NCBI GenBank assembly: GCA_016209735.1
Contig: JACQVN010000014.1
Location: 4,633 to 68,632 of the forward strand
Reading direction: 5' to 3'
Length of the DNA: 64,000 bases
Source of the DNA: Candidatus Methylomirabilota bacterium
GTDB taxonomy: Bacteria; Methylomirabilota; Methylomirabilia; Methylomirabilales; 2-02-FULL-66-22
The translations under genes and the position numbers were made by a program. Under the pieces are notes generated by a model. The model saw nothing but the letters and a program-made list of their open reading frames with translations, did not search any database and had not been told where the DNA came from. Within the stretch, counting starts at the first letter, position 1. The number at the start of each line of letters is the position of its first letter. This document shows positions 43,984 to 55,316 of the stretch, one piece after another.

Positions 43984-44973
43984 TCAGAAACGGACCAGGG
44001 CGGCGCCCCAGGTGAGCCCCCCCCCGAACGCCGCAAAGAGCAGGAGGTCCCCCTCTTTCACCCGGCCCGCGCGCACCGCCTCATCCAATGCCAGGGGGAT
44101 GGAAGCCGCCGACGTATTCCCCACGCGCTGGATATTGTGGTAGATCTTTTCCTCGGGTAGCCCGAGCCGCTGGCCGAGGGCACCGATGATCCGGAGATTG
44201 GCCTGGTGCGTGATGACCAGGCCGACGTCCTTGATATCCACACCGGCCTGCTTGAGGACCGTCAGGGAAGCCTCCTCCATGGCGCGGACCGCCAGCTTGA
44301 AGACCTCGTTGCCGCCGGCCATCTGGATGGTGTTCATCTTGGCATCCAGCACCGCCTGGGAGTTGGGATGCCGCGAGCCGCCCCCGGGCAGCATGAGGAT
44401 CGGCCCCTTCGATCCATCCGAACGAAGGCTGGTGGCGAGGATCCCGCGCTCCCCCTCGGAGGCGCGCAAGACCAGCGCCCCGGCGCCGTCGCCGAAGAGG
44501 ACGCAGGTGTTCCGATCCTGCCAGTTCACGATGCGGGACAGCGTCTCGGCCCCGAGCAGGAGGAGCGTCCGGATGGTGCCCGTGCGCAGCAAGCCGTCGG
44601 CCACCGCCAGCCCGTACACGAACCCCGAACAGGCCGCCGCGATGTCCAGCGCCCCCGCCCGCTTGGCCCCCAGCCCTTCTTGCACGAAACAGGCCGCGGA
44701 AGGGAAGATCATATCCGGCGTGATGGTGGCCACCACGATCATGTCCAGCTCGGCAGGATCGAGCTGGGCCATCTCCAGCGCCTGGCGGGCGGCCCGCATG
44801 GCGAGATCCGATGTCGCCTCCTGCTCCGCGGCGATGTACCGCTCCTGGATGCCGGTGCGCGTCCGGATCCACTCGTCGCTGGTTTCAACCATCTTCTCCA
44901 GTTCGGCGTTGGTCAGCACCCGGCTGGGCACGTACGAGCCGGTGCCGACTAAGCGTGCAACGGGCATACTCAC
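43984..44973 (-). CDS. fabH: beta-ketoacyl-ACP synthase III
   Basis: GTGSYVP..V.TN.ELE..V.TSDEWI..RTGI..R, AACSGF (active-site Cys), HQAN, GNTSAASIP. Confidence 0.96.
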   Translation of the reverse strand: MSMPVARLVGTGSYVPSRVLTNAELEKMVETSDEWIRTRTGIQERYIAAEQEATSDLAMRAARQALEMAQLDPAELDMIVVATITPDMIFPSAACFVQEGLGAKRAGALDIAAACSGFVYGLAVADGLLRTGTIRTLLLLGAETLSRIVNWQDRNTCVLFGDGAGALVLRASEGERGILATSLRSDGSKGPILMLPGGGSRHPNSQAVLDAKMNTIQMAGGNEVFKLAVRAMEEASLTVLKQAGVDIKDVGLVITHQANLRIIGALGQRLGLPEEKIYHNIQRVGNTSAASIPLALDEAVRAGRVKEGDLLLFAAFGGGLTWGAALVRF

Positions 44974-45004
44974 CCCCGCGTTATTCCGCGGCGCGAAATC
45001 TCGG

Positions 45005-46027
45005 CTAGCTCAGCCCGCCCGCCACCGCGATCCCCTCCCGGATGTGGGCGATGACGTGATTGCCCGCACAGCCGGCGGCCGCCCGGATCGCATTCTTGAT
45101 GGCCTTGGCCGTGGATCGGCCGTGGCTGATGACGCAGACCCCGTCCACCCCGAGGAGGGGCGCCCCGCCCCACTCGGAGTAGTCCACCCGGCGCCGGAAG
45201 CGGCGGAAGGCCGGAAGCAACAGCACCGATCCGGCCCGTGCCACCACATCCCGCTGCAACTCCTCCTTCAGGAGGTGAAACATGGCATCGGCCAGCCCCT
45301 CAGAGATCTTGAGGGCCACGTTGCCCGTGAAGCCGTCGCAGACGACCACATCCGCGGTGCCGCCGAAGACATCCCGGCCTTCCACGTTGCCCAGGAAATT
45401 CAACCCCGCCTCGTCCTCCAGCTCCTTGAACGTCTCCCGGGTGAGCTCATTCCCCTTGGACTCCTCTTCGCCGATGCTGAGGAGCCCGATTCGCGGGGCG
45501 GAGAGACCGAGGGTGTCCCGGGCATACACATGGCCCATGATGGCGAACTGGAGGAGGTGGCGGGCCTTGCAATCCACATTGGCCCCCACATCCAGCATCA
45601 CCACCCGCCCGGTCAGGGTGGGCATCACCACGGCGATGGCCGGTCGCTCCACCCCCGGCAGCGCGCCCAGGACCATCAGGGCCGTGGCCATGACGGCGCC
45701 GGTATTGCCGGCGCTGACGAAACCGTCCGCCTCCCCCTGGCGGACCAGCTCCAGCCCGATCCGGATGGAGGAGCGCTTCTTCCTGCGCAGCGCCACCACC
45801 GGGCTCTCCCCCATCCCCACCACCTCGGGGGCGTGGCGGACGGCAATCGGAAGCCCCGCGGTGTTGTGCCGCCGCAGCTCGCCCTGCAGTGCCTCCCCGT
45901 TCCCGACCAGGATCACGGCCGTCCCTGCCTCACGGGCGGCCGCGACGGCACCCTCCACGTTCACTTCGGGTCCGCGGTCTCCCCCCATGGCATCCAGGGC
46001 AATCCGGATTGGGCCTTCCGGCGACAT
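45005..46027 (-). CDS. plsX: phosphate acyltransferase PlsX
   Basis: IALDAMGGD.GP, VSAGNTGA, VVCDGFTGNV.LK, ISHG.S. Confidence 0.95.
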   Translation of the reverse strand: MSPEGPIRIALDAMGGDRGPEVNVEGAVAAAREAGTAVILVGNGEALQGELRRHNTAGLPIAVRHAPEVVGMGESPVVALRRKKRSSIRIGLELVRQGEADGFVSAGNTGAVMATALMVLGALPGVERPAIAVVMPTLTGRVVMLDVGANVDCKARHLLQFAIMGHVYARDTLGLSAPRIGLLSIGEEESKGNELTRETFKELEDEAGLNFLGNVEGRDVFGGTADVVVCDGFTGNVALKISEGLADAMFHLLKEELQRDVVARAGSVLLLPAFRRFRRRVDYSEWGGAPLLGVDGVCVISHGRSTAKAIKNAIRAAAGCAGNHVIAHIREGIAVAGGLS

Positions 46028-46045
46028 GGGCTGGCCTAGGGCGGG

Positions 46046-46228
46046 CTACTCTTCGGATTTCCTGACCACCTCGCGCCCGCGGTAGTAGCCGCAGCTCCGA
46101 CAGGCGCGATGTGGCGGGGTCAAGGCCTGGCAGCGGGGGCAGCGGGACACGCCCGCCGGCCGAAGCGCATCGTGCGCTCGTCGCGTGGCGGTTCGCTGTT
46201 TGCTGTGCCGTCGCTTGGGAAGCGGCAT
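46046..46228 (-). CDS. rpmF: 50S ribosomal protein L32
   Basis: MPLPKRRHSKQRTATRRAH... with a CPRC...CRSCG zinc ribbon. Confidence 0.95.
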   Translation of the reverse strand: MPLPKRRHSKQRTATRRAHDALRPAGVSRCPRCQALTPPHRACRSCGYYRGREVVRKSEE

Positions 46229-46297
46229 CGATCCATCCTCACTTTCACGCGTCCATTCGGTGTGGGGGTGAGCCCGCCACGGGCGATCCCCGGAGGA

Positions 46298-46810
46298 CTA
46301 GCGCAGTTTCCGCAACGCCTGGAACCGCAGATCTCCTTGGGGCGGCGCGCAGCTACAGGCCTCGTGGTTCAGGTTGGCGCCGCAACGCGGGCAGAGACCC
46401 CGGCAGTCCTCGCGGCATAAGGGCTGCACCGGCAAACTCAGCAGGACGCTCTCGCGGAGGAGCCGATCGGTATCGATCCGACCCTCCTCCAAATACGTCA
46501 CATCCAGGTCGTCGGGGCTCAGCTCGATTTCCTGCTTGGACTGGCCCGTACCGGCCGTCTCGCAGTACAGGGCCAATCGCTCCTCGCTGCGAAAGGGGAA
46601 CCGCTCAAGGCAGCGGCTGCAGAGCAAGGCGATCTGGCCTACCATCTCGCCGCTGATCAAGAGGCCGCGTCCCGACCGGCCGATGTGCATCGTGGCCCGA
46701 ACGGTCGCGGCTCCCTCCCAGACCTGGGCGGAGCTCCCAATATCCAGCTCTTCCTCCGGGAGGTCTACATCCACTCCCTCCGGAGGAATCTGCAAAACAT
46801 CGATCAGCAT
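46298..46810 (-). CDS. yceD: YceD family (DUF177) protein
   Basis: Canonical position upstream of rpmF. C-terminal CREDCRGLCPRCGANLN...C.C. Confidence 0.9.
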   Translation of the reverse strand: MLIDVLQIPPEGVDVDLPEEELDIGSSAQVWEGAATVRATMHIGRSGRGLLISGEMVGQIALLCSRCLERFPFRSEERLALYCETAGTGQSKQEIELSPDDLDVTYLEEGRIDTDRLLRESVLLSLPVQPLCREDCRGLCPRCGANLNHEACSCAPPQGDLRFQALRKLR

Positions 46811-46839
46811 TGATCAAAGTCCGGGCAAAAAGCTCGCGT

Positions 46840-46868
46840 AGTATACTGATGGCCCCGGGGGGTGTCAA
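46840..46868 (-). promoter_or_regulatory. sigma-70 promoter of the yceD-rpmF-plsX-fab operon
   Basis: The minus strand reads TTGACA-17 nt-TATACT. The -10 element ends about 30 nt upstream of the yceD ATG. Confidence 0.6.
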
Positions 46869-47023
46869 GGAAAAAGCCCGCCGCAGCCCGTCCCGAAAAA
46901 TCTTGAAAATGCCAACAGTATCGCGGAGTTGCGCTGGCAATCGAGCACCGCATTCCGGCCCCCCTCCCCGCACCCCGATGCGGGCGACGGCAGGGAAAAG
47001 CCTCCCCCCGCAAAGCGTCCCGC

Positions 47024-47458
47024 TCAGGCGGTGCGGTCATCTCCGAACTGCTCCAGCGCGGAGAAGAAATAGGGAATCTCGTACGCCGCCGACGTGAGGG
47101 AATCCGAGCCGTGGACAGCGTTCTGCTCCACGTTCCGGGCGAATTCCTTGCGGAGGGTTCCCGGGTCCGCCTTGGCGGGATCCGTTGCCCCCATGAGCTG
47201 ACGGACCTTGGCGATGGCCCCCTCCCCCTCCAGGACCATGGTCACCGTCGGACCCGAGGACATGAACTGGGTGAGACTGGGGAAGAACGGTCGCTCGCGG
47301 TGAACCTGGTAGAATCCCTCCGCCTCGCGCCGGTCCATGCAGACCAACTTCAGGGCGCGGATGGCCAGCCCGGCCCCCTCAAATCGCCGGATGATGCTCC
47401 CCACATGCCCGCCCCGAACCGCATCGGGCTTGATCATGACCAGGGTTCGCTCAACCAT
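47024..47458 (-). CDS. ndk: nucleoside-diphosphate kinase
   Basis: [25 protein letters not shown] (active-site His). Confidence 0.95.
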   Translation of the reverse strand: MVERTLVMIKPDAVRGGHVGSIIRRFEGAGLAIRALKLVCMDRREAEGFYQVHRERPFFPSLTQFMSSGPTVTMVLEGEGAIAKVRQLMGATDPAKADPGTLRKEFARNVEQNAVHGSDSLTSAAYEIPYFFSALEQFGDDRTA

Positions 47459-47491
47459 CGTCGTCCTTTCGGGGGGTGAATCTGGTTAGCA

Positions 47492-47531
47492 CAAATGGCA
47501 ACTGGACAACCTGGCAACTGGGCGATTGGGC
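47492..47531. repeat. left arm of cassette (GGCAACTGG words)
   Basis: CAAATGGCAACTGGACAACCTGGCAACTGGGCGATTGGGC. Its reverse complement matches the words of 47961-48028. Confidence 0.8.
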
Positions 47532-47588
47532 TCACAGGCCTCCTCGAACAATGTCTCATAAGTTCGGCGACGTATCTTGCGACAATGA

Positions 47589-47693
47589 GCCCGCCCTGCT
47601 TCCCGCTCACCCTTCGACGGGCTCAGGGTGAGCGGGAGGGACGACATACCTGGATCCGCGCACCCCGAGTCCTGAGCTTGTCCCAGGATCGAA
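47589..47693. repeat. reverse-orientation copy of the 15.8-kb MITE-like core
   Basis: The reverse complement reads CTTCGATCCTGGGACAAGCTCAGGACTC...CGCTCACCCTGAGCCCGTCGAAGGGTGAGCGG, aligning with 15774-15875. Confidence 0.75.
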
Positions 47694-47960
47694 GTGGGAG
47701 CGGGTCTAGTTGCGTCGCCGGAATCTCGGCCGCTAGTGCCCAGCCTCTGGCACTCCCCATCGCTAAGTCCTGCCGTTCGCAATTACGCTCACATGAGTCG
47801 GATATCCGTTCGCCCTGCGTAGGGGCGAAGCATGCTTCGCCCCTACATGTCGAAGGGCGACGCGACGTTCGTGGTTCGACGGGCTTCGTCGCGAGCTCAG
47901 CCGAGCGGCTCACCACGAGCGGGCGGAATACGTTAGCGTAATAACGACCGAGAGCACTAA

Positions 47961-48028
47961 GTCGCCCAGTTGCCCGATTGCCGTTCTTCCGTTCCCAGTT
48001 GCCCAGTCGCCTGGTTGCCGGATTGCCG
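47961..48028. repeat. right arm of cassette (CCAGTTGCC words)
   Basis: GTCGCCCAGTTGCCCGATTGCCG...CCCAGTTGCCCAGTCGCCTGGTTGCCGGATTGCCG. Ends 3 nt before the sucD stop codon. Confidence 0.8.
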
Positions 48029-48031
48029 TAT

Positions 48032-49084
48032 CTACCGCCGCTTGCCCCGCCTCGTGCCGGCGGCCTTCCGTGCGGAGCGCACCGGCTTCCCGCGAGACCT
48101 GCCGGCGCGCGTCGCCGCTTCCGCCGCCTTCACGGAAGGGCGGGGCTTGGTCGCCTGTCTCTTCGGGGAGAACGGCCGGGGAGCGGGCCTGGCCTTTGTC
48201 GCGGGGGCGGCCCCCGCCGCCAGGACCCGGGCGATCGCCGCCCCCATGTCCGCAGGGCTGGTCACCACCGCGATCCCGGCCGCTCGCATGGCCGCCATCT
48301 TCTCGGCGGCTGTCCCCGTCCCGCCCGAGATGATGGCCCCGGCATGTCCCATGCGCCGGCCGGGCGGGGCGGTCTGCCCGCAGATGAAACCGACCACCGG
48401 CTTCGTCACGTGGGCCTTGACGAAGGCCGCCGCGTCCTCCTCGGCCGTCCCCCCGATCTCGCCGATCATCAGGACGGCATCCGTCTCCGGATCGTCTTGG
48501 AACAGGCGCAGGACCTCCACAAAGGCGGTCCCGATGATGGGGTCGCCTCCGATTCCCACGCAGGTGGATTGCCCGATGCCCCGCGCCGTCAACTGGCCGA
48601 CTGCCTCATAGGTGAGCGTGCCACTCCGGGAGATGACGCCGACCCGGCCCGGCAGGTGGATGCGGGCCGGCATGATGCCGACCTTGGCCTTGCCCGGCGA
48701 GATGGCGCCGGGGCAGTTCGGCCCGATGAGCCGGACCTCCCGCCCCGCCAGCGCGCGGGCCACCCGCACCATGTCCAGGGCCGGGATCCCCTCGGTCACG
48801 CACACGATGACCCGGATCCCGGCATCCGCCGCTTCCAGGATGGCCTCGCCGGCGAAAGCGGGCGGGACGAAGATGAGCGACGCGTTCGCGCCCTCCTTGG
48901 CCACCGCCTCGGCCACGGTGTTGAGCACCGGGATGCCCTCGTGCAGGATCCCACCCTTGCCGGGGGTCACCCCGGCGACAACCTTGGTGCCGTACTCCCG
49001 GCAGGCCAGCGCGTGGAAGGTCCCCTCCTTGCCCGTGAGCCCCTGCACCACGACCCGGCTGTTCTCGTCAACAAGGATACTCAT
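48032..49084 (-). CDS. sucD: succinyl-CoA synthetase alpha subunit with basic C-terminal tail of about 55 aa
   Basis: [34 protein letters not shown]. It then continues ...[62 protein letters not shown]. Confidence 0.93.
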   Translation of the reverse strand: MSILVDENSRVVVQGLTGKEGTFHALACREYGTKVVAGVTPGKGGILHEGIPVLNTVAEAVAKEGANASLIFVPPAFAGEAILEAADAGIRVIVCVTEGIPALDMVRVARALAGREVRLIGPNCPGAISPGKAKVGIMPARIHLPGRVGVISRSGTLTYEAVGQLTARGIGQSTCVGIGGDPIIGTAFVEVLRLFQDDPETDAVLMIGEIGGTAEEDAAAFVKAHVTKPVVGFICGQTAPPGRRMGHAGAIISGGTGTAAEKMAAMRAAGIAVVTSPADMGAAIARVLAAGAAPATKARPAPRPFSPKRQATKPRPSVKAAEAATRAGRSRGKPVRSARKAAGTRRGKRR

Positions 49085-49111
49085 GTCGATCCCGTCCTGT
49101 GCCGGGGCGGG

Positions 49112-50275
49112 TCACGCCGCTTGGGCGGCCCGCACCGCCTTCTGAGCGGCGTCCTTCATCCCCCGCGCCGCGAGGAAGTTGAGCCCGGACTCGGCCAGCA
49201 TGCGCTGGCCGAGCTCCACGTTCGTGCCCTCCATCCGGATGACCATGGGCAGCCTGACGTCGAGGGTGCGCACGGCCTTGATGACCCCCTCCGCCAGCCG
49301 GTCGCACCGGAGGATGCCACCGAAGATGTTGATGAGGACCGCCTTGACATGGGGGTCCGAGATCAGGATGCGGAAGGCGTTTTCGATCTGCTCCGCGGAG
49401 GCCCCACCGCCCACGTCCAGGAAGTTGGCGGGCTCCCCGCCGGCCTGCTTGATGATGTCCATGGTGGCCATGGCCAGCCCGGCGCCGTTTACCATGCAGC
49501 CGACGCTGCCGTCCAGCTTGATGTAGCTCAGGTTGTAGCGCAAGGCCTCCACCTCCAGCGGCGACTCCTCGTCCAGATCCCGCAGGGCGAGGAGTTCGGG
49601 GTGGCGGAAGAGGGCGTTGTCGTCGAAGTTCAGCTTGGCGTCCAGGGCCAGGAGCCGCCCCTCCGTCGTGATCACCAGGGGATTGATCTCCGCCAGGGAG
49701 CAGTCCTCGGCGTCGAAAGCCCGGAAGAGGGCGGCCACGAACTCGCCGAAGGCTTCCTGGGCCTCGCCGGCAAGCCCCAGCCCGAAGGCCAGCTTCCGGA
49801 TGTGGAAGCCCCGCACCCCCGTGGCAGGATCCACGTGGACCTTGACGATGGCTCCGGGCCGCGTCCGGGCCACCTCCTCGATCTCCATGCCGCCCGCCCC
49901 GGAGACCATGATGACCGGCAGCCCCATCCGCCGATCCAGCACGATGCCCAGGTAGAGCTCCTGGCGGATGGCCATGCCCTCCTCCACCAGGACCCGCTGC
50001 ACGCGCTGGCCCAGCGGGCCCGTCTGGTGGGTCTTCAGCATCATCCCCAGGATCTCTGCGGCGGCCCGCTCCGCCTCCTCGGGGGAGGCGGCCAGCTTGA
50101 CCCCGCCCCCCTTGCCGCGCCCCCCGGCGTGGATCTGGGCCTTGACCACCACGGTCCCGCCCAGCTCCGCCGCGATGGCCCCCGCTTCGCGGACCGTCGC
50201 GGCGACCCTGCCGCGCGGCACGGGAACGCCGAATTCCGCCAGGATCCCCTTGGCCTGGTACTCGTGGATCTTCAT
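49112..50275 (-). CDS. sucC: succinyl-CoA synthetase beta subunit
   Basis: MKIHEYQAK.ILAEFGVPVP, VVKAQIHAGGRGKGGGVK, NIFGGI.RCD. Confidence 0.96.
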   Translation of the reverse strand: MKIHEYQAKGILAEFGVPVPRGRVAATVREAGAIAAELGGTVVVKAQIHAGGRGKGGGVKLAASPEEAERAAAEILGMMLKTHQTGPLGQRVQRVLVEEGMAIRQELYLGIVLDRRMGLPVIMVSGAGGMEIEEVARTRPGAIVKVHVDPATGVRGFHIRKLAFGLGLAGEAQEAFGEFVAALFRAFDAEDCSLAEINPLVITTEGRLLALDAKLNFDDNALFRHPELLALRDLDEESPLEVEALRYNLSYIKLDGSVGCMVNGAGLAMATMDIIKQAGGEPANFLDVGGGASAEQIENAFRILISDPHVKAVLINIFGGILRCDRLAEGVIKAVRTLDVRLPMVIRMEGTNVELGQRMLAESGLNFLAARGMKDAAQKAVRAAQAA

Positions 50276-50285
50276 CGGTTCTCCC

Positions 50286-50405
50286 TAGCCCGCAGTCTTC
50301 GCGAACACGACTCGCGAATCCTGCGGGCTTAGCAAAATGCCTCGTGCTCAGCGACCAAGTAGCCCGGATTCTTCGCGCTCCCTTTGCGAAGAATCCGGGC
50401 TACTT
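50286..50405. repeat. two stacked hairpins (TTCGCGAA words); the second has a perfect 19-20 bp stem
   Basis: H1, 50286-50331: TAGCCCGCAG..TTCGCGAACACGACTCGCGAA..CTGCGGGCTTA. H2, 50357-50405: (A)AGTAGCCCGGATTCTTCGC-9 nt-GCGAAGAATCCGGGCTACT(T), overlapping the stop codon of the lipoprotein gene. Confidence 0.85.
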
Positions 50406-50696
50406 CCGCGGCTTGAGCGGCGGCTTGGTGCCCGGCTTGACTGCGGCCCTGGCCTCGATCAGCTTGATCTTCTCCTCCAGTTCCTGCTTTTCCTGGGTGA
50501 GGGTCCCGACCCGCTTCTTCGTGGCATCCAGGTCGCCCTTGAGGCTCGCCACCTGCCCCTTCAGCTCCTGATTCTCCTTCTGCATGGTGCTGACCTGCGT
50601 CCTGAGCTGCTCGTTCTCCCGCGCGATCTCCCGCCCACAGCCGGCGAGGAGCACGGCCGCGGCCAGCACGAGCGCGGCGCACAGACCTACTCGCAT
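50400..50696 (-). CDS. coiled-coil lipoprotein
   Basis: Lipobox LLAGC after a signal peptide, heptad-rich body, and a Lys/Pro tail. Confidence 0.7.
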   Translation of the reverse strand: MRVGLCAALVLAAAVLLAGCGREIARENEQLRTQVSTMQKENQELKGQVASLKGDLDATKKRVGTLTQEKQELEEKIKLIEARAAVKPGTKPPLKPRK

Positions 50697-50727
50697 CCGA
50701 GTCGACCCTCCCGCGAAGACTACCGGC

Positions 50728-50802
50728 GCTCAGCCATCAGCGGTCAGCCATCAGCAACCCTGAGCGGCCGGCGTGCCGGGCTGACCGCTGATTGCTGATT
50801 GC
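50728..50802. repeat. word-repeat hairpin (CAGCCATCAG words)
   Basis: GCTCAGCCATCAGCGGTCAGCCATCAGCAACC..loop..GGCTGACCGCTGATTGCTGATTGC. Lies between the mdh stop and the lipoprotein start. Confidence 0.85.
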
Positions 50803-50806
50803 TCTC

Positions 50807-53036
<2,230 letters not shown>

Positions 53037-53154
53037 TGCGTGATTGGAAGAATGGAATGCGGGCGCGATGCCCCGTCGCGGAGGGTACGCGAATCGCCGC
53101 GCAGTTAGATGGCCCGGATCCCGCAGCGTCGGGTCCGGACCTGAATATGCGATT

Positions 53155-53184
53155 CTGCTAACACAGGACCTTGGGAGGTGTCAA
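53155..53184 (-). promoter_or_regulatory. candidate promoter of icd
   Basis: The minus strand reads TTGACA-N18-TAGCAG, the same TTGAC-N18-TAGC layout seen upstream of rnc and smc. Confidence 0.3.
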
Positions 53185-53237
53185 GCACAACTCCGAACCT
53201 GATGGATGCAAGAGACAACTGACAAGCCCGCCGCCCC

Positions 53238-54734
53238 TCACGGGGTCTCCAGGATGAGGTCCGCCACTGCCGTGGCCCCCTCCACCACGTCCGAGACCAG
53301 CCGCCCCGGGTGCGTCCAGGCCCCGGCCCACAGCATGCCGGTCCAGCCCAGCCGATGGCCAAATCCGCGCCGACCGAGGTATTCGGGAAGCGTTCGGGCG
53401 TAGCGGAGCACCGCCCGGGGGCGGCCCCAGAGTCCCTCCAGGGTTGCCGGCCCGAACGTCTGGGAAGCGGTGCGGAGCCGGGAGACCCCCGGCAGCACCT
53501 GATCGAGGGCCTCAAGCAGGCTGGCCTCCATGACACCCTCGTCCTGGGGGGACCCGCTCGGGGTGAAGCGGCAAACCGTGAGGGTCCGGCCGTCCGGAGT
53601 GCCGGCGATCCCCCCGGCTTCCTGGCCGGCGTGTATGGCGGCGAAGTTCCCGTCGCGGACGGGTCGTTCGGCGGACGGAACGACCAGGCACCGCCCTGAA
53701 AGCTCCGCGGGAAAATAGCGCTCGGGGACGCGAACGGCCGCCGTGGCGGCGGAACACTCTGCGAGCCATGGGCCGGCCACCGGCGCCGTGCGCCTCAGCC
53801 AGCCCCGCCGGGAAGGCAGCAGTCGCCCGGCCAGGACCTCGGGCGGGGTCGTGCTAATCACCCACCGGGCGCGGATCGATTCGCCGGCGGCGGTGATGAC
53901 CCCGGCCACCCTCCGGCGCTCGGCCAGGCAGCCGGCCACCTCCGTCTCCAAACGCACCTGTCCTCCCGCCTCCCGGAAGCGTTCCTGCAGCGCCTCAACC
54001 AGCGCCGGCATGCCCCCTGAGACGGTCACGCTCCCTTCCCGCAAAGCATGCAGCGCCATGGCGGCTTCCAGGGTCGAGCATTCGTCGGCGTCCCGCAGCG
54101 AGAGATACCACAGGAGGGCGTCGATCATCTGCTGGCCGGCGGCACCCAGCCCGTGGCGGACCAGCGCGGCTCGCGCGGGAATGTTTCCGGCTTCCGTGAC
54201 CATCCGCACCGCCTGCTTCCGCTGTCCAGAGATTCTCCCCAGCCACAGGACCCGCCAGGCTGCGAGGCGGCTCCGCCAGCCGTCCGGCGGGTGAAGGGGA
54301 AGGACCGCGGCCAGGTTGCGCTGCTCCCGGGCCAGGAGATCCATCTCGAAGAGGAAGGCCCGCCACCCTGCCTCCTCCGCGGGGAACTCCCGTCGCACCT
54401 CGCGCCACAGCCGGGCGGGGTCGGCGAAGAAGCTCAGCCGGTGTCGCTGCGTCGCCACCTGGACGATCGGCTCGCACGGATGGGTGGTCAGGCGAATGCC
54501 GAGGCGATCGCAGAGATGGCCCACCGAGCCGTCGGGCCCGAATCCGGTGAGCATGGCGGCACCCAGTTCGACCCGGCCCGCGGCCGAGTCCACCGCCCGG
54601 CACACGCCCCCGACCTCCGCCCCGCGCTCGAGCAAGAGCACCGAGCGGCCCGCGCGCGCCAGGAGCGCGGCCGCGGCCAGCCCGGCGATCCCGGCGCCGA
54701 CCACGATCACGTCAAAGTCCGGGTTGCTGCTCAC
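53238..54734 (-). CDS. FAD-dependent oxidoreductase (phytoene desaturase/amine oxidase-like)
   Basis: GTG start at 54734. FDVIVVGAGIAGLAAAALLARAGRSVLLLERGAEVGG dinucleotide-binding motif. The track ORF extends further upstream into the repeat cassette. Confidence 0.8.
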   Translation of the reverse strand: MSSNPDFDVIVVGAGIAGLAAAALLARAGRSVLLLERGAEVGGVCRAVDSAAGRVELGAAMLTGFGPDGSVGHLCDRLGIRLTTHPCEPIVQVATQRHRLSFFADPARLWREVRREFPAEEAGWRAFLFEMDLLAREQRNLAAVLPLHPPDGWRSRLAAWRVLWLGRISGQRKQAVRMVTEAGNIPARAALVRHGLGAAGQQMIDALLWYLSLRDADECSTLEAAMALHALREGSVTVSGGMPALVEALQERFREAGGQVRLETEVAGCLAERRRVAGVITAAGESIRARWVISTTPPEVLAGRLLPSRRGWLRRTAPVAGPWLAECSAATAAVRVPERYFPAELSGRCLVVPSAERPVRDGNFAAIHAGQEAGGIAGTPDGRTLTVCRFTPSGSPQDEGVMEASLLEALDQVLPGVSRLRTASQTFGPATLEGLWGRPRAVLRYARTLPEYLGRRGFGHRLGWTGMLWAGAWTHPGRLVSDVVEGATAVADLILETP

Positions 54735-54792
54735 GCCATGCCCTCGTTTGATTGAGCAAGATACAATTTCATAACCGTAACCTCGCCCCGCT

Positions 54793-54832
54793 CTTACCGC
54801 GAAGGCGCAGAGGACGCCGAGGACGTCTGAGG
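54793..54832. repeat. left arm of GxxExxY cassette (GCAGAGG words)
   Basis: CTTACCGCGAAGGCGCAGAGGACGCCGAGGACGTCTGAGG. Complementary to 55273-55305. Confidence 0.85.
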
Positions 54833-54861
54833 TGAGGGCCGTATCGGCCTGGATAGCCCGC

Positions 54862-55272
54862 CTAGCCGGGATCTGCAGAGGCGGTTGAAGCATCTTTGAA
54901 ATTATGCACGAACCGCCTGATGCCTCGGCGAAGTGCCGGAACATTGAAGTTGATGAGCAATCCCCCAGACCAGCCGCCCAATTTCAGATAAGTAAGCATC
55001 TGCACCTCATGAATCGGCAGCAGGGTCTCGACCGCCTTCAACTCCACTACGACAGACCGCTCGACCAAGAAATCCAACCGATAGCCGCAGTCCAGCTGGA
55101 CATCCTTGTACGCGACGGGAAGCGGACGCTGGCGTTCGAAGGCGATCCCTCGGAGTTTCAGTTCGTGTGCGAGGCACTCCTCGTAGACCGCCTCAAGCAG
55201 GCCAGGCCCCAGAGCCTTGTGGACCTCGATCGCCGCCCCGATGATGTTTTCCGTCAGTTCGTTGATTCCCAT
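54862..55272 (-). CDS. GxxExxY protein (PD-(D/E)XK-like)
   Basis: Start at ATG 55272. IIGAAIEVHKALGPGLLEAVYEECLAHEL..RGI.......P..Y......G.RLDFLVE..VVVELKAV. Confidence 0.88.
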   Translation of the reverse strand: MGINELTENIIGAAIEVHKALGPGLLEAVYEECLAHELKLRGIAFERQRPLPVAYKDVQLDCGYRLDFLVERSVVVELKAVETLLPIHEVQMLTYLKLGGWSGGLLINFNVPALRRGIRRFVHNFKDASTASADPG

Positions 55273-55305
55273 GCCTCTGCGTCCTCTGCGCCTCTGCGGT
55301 GAAAG
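55273..55305. repeat. right arm of GxxExxY cassette (CCTCTGC words)
   Basis: GCCTCTGCGTCCTCTGCGCCTCTGCGGTGAAAG. Abuts the GxxExxY start codon and ends 11 nt from the der stop. Confidence 0.85.
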
Positions 55306-55316
55306 AACCCCGGACC

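Noticed and set aside
47745-47765. TGGCAC-N5-ATCGC sigma-54-like motif
   Set aside because: The -12 element is off consensus, it lies inside the decayed cassette interior, and no downstream gene is present.
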